Source: Macrostomum lignano
Lineage: Eukaryota
Direction of reading: 5' to 3'
Length of the DNA stretch: 35,040 nucleotides
Assembly: GCA_002269645.1 (NCBI GenBank)
Contig: NIVC01004786.1
Span: 1 to 35,040 of the forward strand
Within the stretch, counting starts at the first letter, position 1. Each line of letters begins with the position of its first letter. Positions 1 to 10,848 of the stretch are shown here, in pieces. A program made the position numbers and the translations under genes. The notes beneath the pieces were generated by a model. The model was not told the DNA's origin. It searched no databases and saw nothing but the letters and a program-made list of their open reading frames with translations.

Positions 1-246
1 GACTGGGCGCCATTAGAGTGCCTGGGCGCCATTAGAGCTGACTGGGCGCCATTAGAGCTGCCTGGGCGCCAGTATAGCTGCCTGGGCGCCAGTATAGCTG
101 ACTGGGCGCCATTAGAGCTGGGCGCATTAGAGCTGCCTGGGCGCCATTAGAGCTGCCTGGGCGCCAGTATAGCTGCCTGGGCGCCAGTATAGCTGACTGG
201 GCGCCATTAGAGCTGCCTGGGCGCATTAGAGCTGCCTGGGCGCCAT
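1..246. repeat. Minisatellite, ~19-20 bp unit (CTGCCTGGGCGCCATTAGAG variants), truncated by window start
   Basis: Tandem copies visible directly; explains the repetitive ORF 32..379. Confidence 0.9.
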
Positions 247-779
247 TGTTTAGCTTCGTCTCGAGGCGCGAGGTGACCGCGTGGAGTGCGAGAGGGCCTG
301 TAAGAGGCTCCCCAAGTGTATTCCTCAATACAGCTGTTCCTATCGAGTTAGCAACAATAGCTATGTTTCGCATCATCACTGACGGTTAGTGTTGAGTCTG
401 ATCATTTCTTGCTTTTTCTATGCTCGGTTTCTGCAAACTGCGGTATTTTGAATTAAATTAACAAGTCTCACCTGCATATAAGTGAGGGCAAGCAAGGGGG
501 CATTGCCATTGACTCTGTGGAAGGGTGCTGTTTAGCAACTAAAACCATGGTTTTTTAAGTAAAATTTTTCACGTATTTATATGCTCTACGAGATTTTGGA
601 TAACCAGTTTAGCCACTAAATAATGAGAATACGATGCACAGGTAACATTGAGGAAAGTAGGAAAAATAAGACTTTCTGCTGATCATTGTTACATTTGGAG
701 GTTAAACCAGGTGGAAGGGACAACCAGTTTAATGGAGGGAGGCAATTACCAGATAGGGGGGCAAACCACTTGGGGATAA

Positions 780-1005
780 ACCAGTTGGGGGGACACTAGT
801 TGGGGGGGAATCTGTTGGGGGGGAATCAGTTGGGGGACAGGTGGAGGGCAAACAAGGTGCAGGTGGGGACAAAGCAGGTGGGGGACAAAGCAGGTGGGGA
901 CAAAGCAGGTGGGTGACAAAGCAGGTGGGTGACAAAGCAGGTGGGGACAAAGCAGGTGGGGACAAAGCAGGTGGGGGACAAAGCAGGTGGGGACAAAGCA
1001 GGTGG
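780..1005. repeat. G-rich minisatellite, ~15 bp unit (GGGACAAAGCAGGTG)
   Basis: Tandem copies; source of the spurious PPALS/GGDKA ORFs. Confidence 0.9.
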
Positions 1006-1171
1006 AGACAAAACTTCGCAGCGAGGCCAGGTGGCCAATAGCAGCGAACGGTTTTGGCGCTTTCTACAAAAGAGCAGAAAAGCCAGCCCGAACTGGTGGA
1101 AGCCAATCAAATTCGCCGTCCAGATGCGCAGCCTCAGGGGTCCGTGGCTCGGGCACGGGCGGAGCGGTCTG

Positions 1172-1177
1172 TATAAA
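1172..1177 (+). promoter_or_regulatory. TATA box of the neuropeptide gene
   Basis: TATAAA in a GC-rich context, ~25-30 nt before a GCAGTT Inr-like site (~1196-1201) and 110 nt before the ATG at 1286. Confidence 0.6.
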
Positions 1178-1285
1178 TGCACCCAACGCTGGCAGGCAGT
1201 TCGGTCGCGTCCCAGCTATCGAAGTCTCCCGCACAGCTCCGATCAGCAATCAAATCCAGTCAAATCAACTCAGAGCTCAACAACA

Positions 1286-2014
1286 ATGCGCGTCGGAGTC
1301 ATCGGTCTCGTCCTCTGCGCCGTGCTGGTGCTGATGCAGTGCGCCTTCGCCCAGCAGTTCCACTTTAGCCACGGTAACTGCAGTTCATATAATGGCCGTT
1401 TGTTACATTAAACTTGCTACAAACTTGCTATCTACAATGAATTGCTACCATTTCAGGAGTTAACGGTAAAACTTCTCAGTAAATTACCTCTACATTACTT
1501 GTACCAATGTACATACCGGTATACCGATTATTATTTGCTTTGGCAACAAATCACTCGCTTGTATAGTTTGGTTAAGCATGGCAATATTCGCCTCTGTGCT
1601 TTATAACTAACAATCACTAATTCGATTGAGTACATAGCCTACTCAAGTTAGGTGCGACAACTACTTGTACTTAAACGTAACGTCGCAGGTTGGAAGCCCG
1701 GCAAGCGCGGCCTGGCCGAGGAGGGCCACGCTGGCCATCAGATCTTCCGGCTGAAGAAAGGCTACCACTTCTTCCGCCTGAAGAAGGACCAGGAGTGCGC
1801 CATCGGCGAGGAGGCCGGGCGCTGCTGGCCGATATTGTGGTCAGTTTTTTGCTTCCGTTTAAAAACGCGCATCAATACCAGCAAACCACTCTACTATAAG
1901 TAGAAAAATACGAATATTTGTATTTTTTCTCCGTTTGTACAGAAATCTACCCAGAGCGGCTCGCTGTGCCCGGCAGACAGGCAGGTGATTGCCGCGTTCG
2001 TGCAGAACCTCTGA
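1286..2014 (+). CDS. gnrh: GnRH/corazonin-family neuropeptide precursor; exons 1286-1373, 1689-1839, 1943-2014
   Basis: MRVGVIGLVLCAVLVLMQCAFA (signal peptide), then QQFHFSH-G(phase-1 intron GTAACT..GCAG)-WKP-GKR, GLAEEGHAGHQIFRL-KK, GYHFFRL-KK, DQECAIGEEAG-[1-nt frameshift at GGG 1817-1819]-ALLADIV|gtcagt..tacag|KSTQSGSLCPADRQVIAAFVQNL*. The HFSHGWxP-amide motif matches annelid/mollusc GnRH/corazonin-type peptides. Confidence 0.88.
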
Positions 2015-2117
2015 GAACGGCATCGGGACAGCTGATGGCAGCCGGATGACTTGTCAGCATCGGCAACAGCAAAACAACTGCACACTTTTTATTGTCTTAA
2101 CTGTGACTGATATATGG

Positions 2118-2123
2118 AATAAA
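2118..2123 (+). terminator. Polyadenylation signal of the neuropeptide gene
   Basis: AATAAA ~105 nt after the predicted TGA (2012-2014). Confidence 0.6.
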
Positions 2124-2248
2124 CAAATATACGAGGCATGCTTGTGAAGATGGAATGATTGAATATTCGCCATCGTTACAGCAATTTGACCTCATCTAAC
2201 AGTGTTGCATGAAACAATTGTAACTGCTTTTTAATTATTCTGGAGTTG

Positions 2249-2425
2249 AGAAAGTGGAATAACACTGATGGGGAAGAGAGGAGACTGGGGAGGCAGAGTG
2301 CCACTGATGGAGAGAGAGGAGACTGGGGAGGTGGAGTGCCACTGATGGAGAAGAGAGGAGACTGGGGAGGTAGAGTGACACTGATGGGGAGAGAGGAGAC
2401 TGGGGAGGCAGAGTGGCACAGGTGG
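2249..2425. repeat. Purine-rich minisatellite, ~39 bp unit
   Basis: Repeats of GAGAGGAGACTGGGGAGG..GAGTG.CACTGATGG. Confidence 0.8.
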
Positions 2426-2773
2426 GGAAGAGAAGAGATCAGGGATACTGATGTGGAGGATACGTGTAATGTAAAAAAACTAAGAAAGCAATGAGACACG
2501 GTAAGACTGCAACAGATATTACAGACGATAAACTTTATGTTAAATTTTTACCATTTGAAATGAGGACTTGCACGCGGCACAAAGGCGTGCATCAGCAAAG
2601 TATGATTATTATTATTATTATTAACAATATTTTCATAAAATAAAAATGCAACACTTGCATTGCACTGCGCATACAGAGGCATTGTGAACCAATTTGCGCA
2701 GAAATTTTATAAGCAAAAATATCAACAGGGTTTACAGTCTTATGGGCCAATTTATGTCGATGTGCAAAACCCG

Positions 2774-3018
2774 CCTAACAGGTGGGATAATAATCCTAAA
2801 TGAGATCGCACTAGCGTAACGGGTAGGATAATAATCCTCAATGGGATAGCCCATATTCTAACAGGTAGGATAATAATCCTCAATGGGATCACACTTAATC
2901 TAACAGGCGGGATAATAATCCTCAATGGGATCACACTTAATCTAACAGGTAGGATAATAATCCTCAATGGGATCACACTTAATCTAACAGGCGGGATAAT
3001 AATCCTCAATGGGATCAT
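2774..3018. repeat. Minisatellite, 42 bp unit
   Basis: GGATAATAATCCTCAATGGGATCACACTTAATCTAACAGG.. about 6 copies. Confidence 0.9.
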
Positions 3019-3164
3019 ATAGTTCTATACAAAGCGGGAAATGATTAAAAGCATAGTGATTGAATATCGGAGCTGCAGTGAAAGGTCCAACTGTGCAATG
3101 AAGCTGGGTGCATTAGTAGGGGTTGGGATCAAGACAGTGCGATCAGCTGACAGGCAACGCTGTC

Positions 3165-6100
3165 TCAGGGCAGGAAGGCCGGCCTGATGACCCACTCGGG
3201 GGTGCCGGCAGGAATCGGCCGCTGACTCCGGGTGGCCTCGTCGCGGACGCACTTGCCGAGCTGGGCGCGCTGCTTCACCGTGGCAAAGCGGCGCATGAAC
3301 GCCTCGTCAAGGCTCCGCTTGATGTCGCGCACCCGGTCAGACTCCCAGGCCAGACAGCGGACTCGCAGCGTCTCGTCCTCTTCTTCCTCATCTGATGAGG
3401 TCAGATCGCGGGTGAGCACGATTCGGTAATGCTCAAGATCGTCAGGCGACAGGTTCGGCAGTAGAGTCTCGAAGGCCTTCTGACGGCGGCTCAGCTTCTG
3501 CATATTTAGGTACAGGAAGGTAGAGAAGCGGTATGAACTACTGTAAGTAGCGAAATTGAATTTTACATATTTTCAAAAATTTTACTTCATAAAATATTTC
3601 CAAACAGCTGAAATTGATAAATATTAGGTGTTAAATTGACGGGGCAAAATCCGACAGTGTGGAATCTGGCACAAACTAGGTAGGTCATGGTGAATGACCA
3701 CAGAATGATCCTTTTGATAAGCATCAATAAATTCAATGATATTCAATGATATTGCTGACTGAGTAGCAGAGCTCACTCAGAGACATTGGGGATTGAGTAG
3801 CGGAGCTCACTCATGGACATTGGGGATTGAGTAGCGGAGCTCACTCAGGGACATTGGGGATTGAGTAGCGGAGCTCACTCAGGGACTCACTCATGGACAT
3901 TGGGGATTGAGTAGCGGTGCTCACTCAGGGACATTGGGGATTGAGTAGCGGTGCTCACTCAAGGACATTGGGGACTGAGTAGCGGTGCTCACTCAGGGAC
4001 ATTGGGGATTGAGTAGCGGAGCTCACTCAGGGACTCACTCAAGGACATTTGGGATTGAGTAGCGGTGCTCAATCAGGGACATTGGGGATTGAGTACCCAG
4101 AGCTCACTCAGGGACATTGAGCATTGAGTAGCTCAGTCACTCAGACTCTCCAACCAGTAGCAAGACTCTCTCACCCGCTTCCATCTGCCACTCTTTGCAG
4201 CAGACTTTCTACGCACAATAATCCACTTAAGTTCGTAAGCAAAGTATTTTGAAATTTTGCCTGAAAATTGAATTATCAGAATTAATCTATTTTCAAGCAG
4301 AGTATAAAAAGCAAAAAACTTACAATACTATTCAAGCGAGTTTGCCATGTCAGCCCAAAAGAGCTACGTTTAAATTTTTTATATTTAATAAGACCTGATG
4401 GCACAAAAACTTTTTTTATTTAGTAGATCATTTTAAGTTTTAGGACTACTTGCATTAGTACATGTGTATGCAGAAGATGGAAACAGTGTAGGTACCCCAA
4501 GGCCCAGTGTCAATGTACATTTGTGGGGCTTGTGCCAGTTCAGTGGGGGAAGGGAGACACTGTACGGTAAGGGAAGGCCCAGTGTCAATGTACATTGGTG
4601 GGGCTTGTGACAGTTCAGCGGGGGGAGAGACAGTGTACAAAAAGTCGAGGCCCAGTGTCAATTTACACTTGAAAAAAATCTAGTCAAAAACCGATCTGGA
4701 AGGATGCCTTGTGGCTGTTTTAAATTCTCATAATTACCGACTTCACTCGATAAGAGCGCCAGGCACGCCTTCGCTTATCCATAACAAATTTTCTCTCCGA
4801 GTCAAATGACGTCTTCATCTTGTCGCTGGCAGCTGGGGGAATCGATTTGTAATAGATAATAACACAAATAAAATTTACAGTGGGAGACTAAAGCTAGCAA
4901 GGGCAGAGATTGACAGAGACAGGCAGCTTAAGACAGGCAACTGACCACGCGCAATCGGGCAGACTTTCTGGCTGTCCGCCGGTTGTACAAAATCATATGG
5001 GCCAATCGGCTGTGAAAAATTTCCACGTTAGCTAAAATAATTATAATAGCAATATAATTGATATACAGATAACTGCAGTAATTAGCGCACAAGCCCACAC
5101 TGAAAATGCTGCTGCCTTAAAAAACGCTGCAATATGAATTTGATAATTCCTATCGTCCAAATTTTGAATAATGCTGTTTTTAGCTTGCAAGTGGGAGATG
5201 GCTATAAGCATTGAATATTAATTAAATGGAAATTGTCATTGAAACCTTAAAAACCTCCAGGAACTCCATCTCCGCACACACAGTGCACATCGCAGATACT
5301 ATGCCACTCAGGCATATTCAATACATACTTAGTAAAACAGCTTTCTACTTTCAGTTCAGTAGCAAAGAAGAATACATAAGCTATTTTATAAGAATAAAGG
5401 CCGCTGAAATGACTTTGATAAGTTTAGAAGCCCAAGCTTGCAGGCGTAAACAATTTGCTAGCTAATTAGTTAAGCAGTAATGTACATTAGCCAGTCCACT
5501 GAAATGTACATGGCAGCTTTAGGCTGGAATTCCGAGAAAGGCAATAAAAATTGGGCGTAGTGTGTAAAGGGGGCTGTTGGAGGGTTTAAGCTAGGGGGGT
5601 AAGAGCCAATAAAAAGAGCCTTGGCTTTAAAAATACCATAAAATGCTTCTGTTTAGCTAACTACTGAACTGAAAGTAGTTTATACGAAACGTGCTTTGTG
5701 GCCCATCTAGTTATTATCTATCTCACGTAGATCTTTGGTGCACACACAGACAAACTGGCAGGCCACACACATCTCCCAACACAGGCACTAACCACGCGGA
5801 GTCGGCCAGCTCGTTTAGCAGTTCTCCGATTAGACAATACAATATTGCCCAGCCGCCTGTGGAACTGTTCTGTGCTGGCTAAAATATTTCATGAGAAAAT
5901 ATTTATATATACATATATGCTAATGTATATAGATCTGCTTTTAAAAGCAAATTAGCAGAATGCTGTCACAGTGCTGCCAAAAAAAACGCTGCTGCTTTTT
6001 TATTTAAAAAATAATTGCATGGTGGAGTTGTGTTTTAAACTGCCTCAGAGGCCAGGGACCACTGGAAGGTCAGGTGCTCAGGACTAACCTAGCTGTTCAG

Positions 6101-9100
6101 TCTCAGGTGTTCAGGACTAACCTAGCTGTTCAGTCTCAGGTGTTCAGGACTAACCTAGCTGTTCAGTCTCAGGTGTTCAGGACTAACCTAGCTGTTCAGC
6201 CTCAGGTGCTCAGGACTAACCTAGCTGTTCAGTCTCAGGTGTTCAGGACTAACCTAGCTGTTCAGTCTCAGGTGTTCAGGACTAACCTAGCTGTTCAGCC
6301 TCAGGTGTTCAGGACTAACCTAGCTGTTCAGCCTCAGGTGCTGAGGACTAACCTAGCTGTTCAGTCTCAGGTGTTCAGTCTCAGGTGTTCAGGACTAACC
6401 TAGCTGTTCAGTCTCAGGTGTTCAGGACTAACCTAGCTGTTCAGTCTCAGGTGTTCAGTCTCAGGTGTTCAGGACTAACCTAGCTGTTCAGTCTCAGGTG
6501 TTCAGGACTAACCTAGCTGTTCAGTCTCAGGTGTTCAGGACTAACCTAGCTGTTCAGTCTCAGGTGTTCAGGACTAACCTAGCTGTTCAGTCTCAGGTGT
6601 TCAGGACTAACCTAGCTGTTCAGTCTCAGGTAGGTTTTCAGGATTTCTAGAATTAATCAAAACGTCCTACTAAAATAACCAGCTTACACTTTTGTTCTGA
6701 ACCATTTCTTAGCACTTTTGCGATGCTTCTCAATGGCAATGCGCTGAGCTGTGAACCAGGCGGAACAAGTCTCTAGTTTAAAAAAGTTATTAAGGTAAAA
6801 AAAATTTTTAAAAGACGACGCTAAAAGCAGAGCCTATTCACAACCATAGCGTCAAAGAGGTTTCAACAGAAACAAAAAGATTTCACCCCATACTACTACA
6901 AGTAGGCAGCTTACATTACGAATTCGACCGGATTTTTTTGCACTTTTACGATTTCTCTGCACTGTAACGCTCTGCGATTGAAACCACGTGAGTAGCTTGT
7001 CCGTCAGCTCTGACGCGTCATTAAAATATTATTCAATAAAGCTAGTTGAATAAAGATTAGCTAATTCTGAGAAATTATAGATATCGCGTTGTAGAGGCTT
7101 GCGTGCAATAGAAAATATTGAAAAAATAAGTTTTTTATTAAAAACACCAGGAATTTACTGTTTTCCATCGTTTGGATCGTTTGGCACTGATTCTATGCTT
7201 AGCCATGGTGACGCCCTGGGTGACAAAATATCTATTGATTGCGCCTGACGGATTGCGGCGGGGTGTTGCACCTTTAAAACACTTATTTAACAATATAAAC
7301 AGCAAATGGCAGCAAACCGCCTGCTGAACAGAAAGATAATAGAGCGCGTTGAAGAGGCAATTTTCACAACTTACAGCCTTTTGCCTGTTACTCTTGCGCC
7401 AAATTAATCTGGAACGCAAACTAGACTGCTGCAGGAAACCGTATTCCTTCTGACACGTGGCTGCGTGAGTGCGGAATATTTGTTTCTTAGAATTTATATT
7501 TAAATATCGTTTCTTATAACATACTTTAATAAAACAAGCTATGATCTCAAAATGGCTCGTTTCACAAACTCTCAAAGCTTTCGCTATTGATTTGATTTTA
7601 TAAATGTAATTTTAGAAAAAAATCTGTTGTTTCGAAGTTTCCGGATATTGTAATCTCTTAATTGTAGATGACTAGCGTCTGTCTAAATGCACATAGGGTT
7701 GGGGGTGGGACTAGGCACAGTATTCTGTGGGACTAGCGTCTGTCTAAATGTACATAGGGTTGGGGTGATGACTAGCGTCTGTCTAAATGTACATAGGGTT
7801 GGGGTGATGACTAGCGTCTGTCTAAATGTACATAGGTTTGGGGGTGATGACTAGCGTCTGTTTAAATGTACATAGGGTTGGGGTGATGACTAGCGTCTGT
7901 CTAAATGTACATAGGGTTGGGGTGATGACTAGCGTCTGTCTAAATGTACATAGGGTTGGGGTGATGACTAGCGTCTGTCTAAATGTACATAGGGTTGGGG
8001 TGACTAGCGTCTGTCTAAATGTACATAGGTTGGGGTGATGACTAGCGTCTGTTAAATGTACATAGGGTTGGGGTGATGACTAGCGTCTGTCTAAATGTAC
8101 ATAGGGTTGGGGTGATGACTAGCGTCTGTCTAAATGTACATAGGGTTGGGGTGATGACTAGCGTCTGTCTAAATGTACATAGGGTTGGGGTGGACTAGCG
8201 TCTGTCTAAATGTACATAGGTTTGGGGTGATGACTAGCGTCTGTTTAAATGTACATAGGGTTGGGGTGATGACTAGCGTCTGTTAAATGTACATAGGGTT
8301 GGGGTAATGACTAGCGTCTGTTAAATGTACATAGGGTTGGGGGTGATGACTAGCGTCTGTTTAAATGTACATAGGTTTGGGGGTGAACTCAAAAGACGGT
8401 CACGTGATTCTACGATCTGGAAGCCTCAACAAAAGATTTTTTAAATACACGACTGAATTATTTAATAGCTTTTCCACCTTACTTGCGCACCTTTTCAATC
8501 ATCTTTGAATTTCTTAAACTGGATTCCCCCAGCATTAAATATCGACTTGATTGACTGAGTTTTTAAAACTACCAGGTTAGCTAGTATCTTAAATATAATG
8601 AGATTTATAGCATTAGCAGAAGTCTACAAAATCGGAGCACATTATACTATTATTATCACTAATATAATACAATTTGTGGGACAATAAATATGACTACAAC
8701 ATTGAAGCCAATGCACAGAGGCCTGGTGAACCCCCCGGTTCCAGCAACTCGCTTGGCATGCTAAATCAATCGGAGCCGAGACTCACCATTGTTCGCCTGT
8801 AAAATTTGGCCACATTCCTACGATTAGACAGAACTGGCTGCCTATACTGTGAGTAGACGGAGCTTAGCACGGCTGCAAAATAGGCGATTGTGAGTGCCGA
8901 GAGATGCTCAGCTGTGCTGCTGCGACTGGGCTTGCGTTGCTTAATGTCTGATTAGCACTGCGGCTTGGCCCAGTGGGAGGCTGGCCCAGCAACTGAGGAT
9001 CTGGGAGGCTGGCCCAGCAACTGAGGATCTGGGAGGCTGGCCCAGCAACTGAGGATCTGGGAGGCTGGCCCAGCAACTGAGGATCTGGGAGGCTGGCCCA

Positions 9101-10547
9101 GCAACTGACATCTGGGAGGCTGGCCCAGCAACTGAGGATCTGGGAGGCTGGCCCAGCAACTGAGGATCTGGGAGGCTGGCCCAGCAACTGACATCTGGGA
9201 GGCTGGCCCAGCAACTGACATCTGGGAGGCTGGCCCAGCAACTGAGGATCTGGGAGGCTGGCCCAGCAACTGACACTCTGGGAGGCTGGCCCAGCAACTG
9301 ACACTCTGGGAGGCTGGCCCAGCAACCGAGGATCTGGAAGGCTGGCCCAGCAACTGAGGATCTGGGAGGCTGGCCCAGCAACTGAAGATCTGGGAGGCTG
9401 GCCCAGCAACTGACACTCTGGGAGGCTGGCCCAGCAACTGAGGATAAGGGAGGCTGGCCCAGCAACTGAGGATCTGGGAGGCTGGCCCAGCAACTGAGGA
9501 TATGGGAGGCTGGCCCAGCAACTGAGGATAAGGGAGGCTGGCCCAGCAACTGAGGATCTGGGAGGCTGGCCCAGCAACTGAGGATCTGGGAGGCTGGCCC
9601 AGCAACTGAGGATCTGGGAGGGTGGCCTAGCAACTGAGGATCTGGGAGGGTGGCCTAGCAACTGAGGATCTGGGAGGCTGGCCCAGCAACTGAGGATCTG
9701 GGAGGCTGGCCCAGCAACTGAGGATCTGGGAGGCTGGCCCAGCAACTGAGGATCTGGGAGGCTGGCCCAGCAACTGAGGATCTGGGAGGGGGCCCATGTA
9801 CACGTAAGTCTAGTATTCGCTATAAAAGTCTGTCTAAATCTGCAGATTTTTAAGAAGTGTTGCAAGCATAACGCAAAACTCAAATCGGAATCCAACAGCA
9901 AACATGAGAGCCAACAAGCCTACACCAACTGACGCTAAATAGTATAGTTGAAGAAAACGACAAACAAAATGTTAAATTTATAATTTTAGGGAATAATTAA
10001 TTAGGATAATTAATGCATACAATGGGCCGCACTTCTTGAACAGCCGGGACGCCAAAGTTCTGGCGCAGTGGGAGTCTGCACACCAATTTTAGAACCAAGT
10101 AGTGTATGTAGCTCAATATAAATTGCATTGACTCAATAAATTTTTACGATTATAAATCTGAGACACCTGGGCAGCGGCAATTATAACTAATTTTAAGCGA
10201 TTTTTACGGCAGACTTGCAAACACTCGCTGGTTTCTTTCTTTCTCTGTAAACCTCTGCAACGCTATAGCTTAATAATTCAATTGAATACGGCAGTATAAG
10301 TTCATTTAAATAGACATGTAACATACAGGTAAGAAATGCAGTAAATATTAATTAACTTACTGCGCCAAACTTCAGCGTTTGCTGCAATGCCGGACACAGC
10401 CTGGGCCTGATCGATTACTTTCTTGGCCACCATCTGATTCATCGGGTGCTCGAAGCTGAGCAAATTGGAGTGGCGTTGGGTTGGCTGCCTGTCTGTCTGT
10501 GTGTGTCTGTCTGTTCTGTCTGTCTGTCTGTCTGTCCGTCTGTCTGT

Positions 10548-10618
<71 letters not shown>

Positions 10619-10813
10619 TAGTGTCTGTGTGTCTGTCTTAGTGTCTGTGTGTATGTCTGTCTTAGTGTCTGTGTGTATGTCTGTCTTAGTGTCTGTGTGT
10701 ATGTCTGTCTTAGTGTCTCTGCGTATGTCTGTCTTAGTGTCTGTGTGTCTGTCTTAGTGTCTGTGTGTATGTCTGTCTTAGTGTATGTGTGTATGTCTGT
10801 CTTAGTGTCTTAG

Positions 10814-10848
<35 letters not shown>

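Noticed and set aside
7138-7575. 145 aa ORF as a stand-alone gene
   Set aside because: It is cassettes A2 and A3 plus intron sequence that happens to be in frame; internal splice sites explain it.
8491-8497. In-frame TGA of the 8568-8483 candidate as selenocysteine
   Set aside because: No SECIS-like element identified, position not Cys-like in sibling cassettes; CGA->TGA decay or chance is simpler.
8864-9901. Three long ORFs (345, 230, 217 aa) of [25 protein letters not shown] repeats
   Set aside because: Translation of the 28 bp minisatellite in all three frames; lies in an intron of paralogue A.
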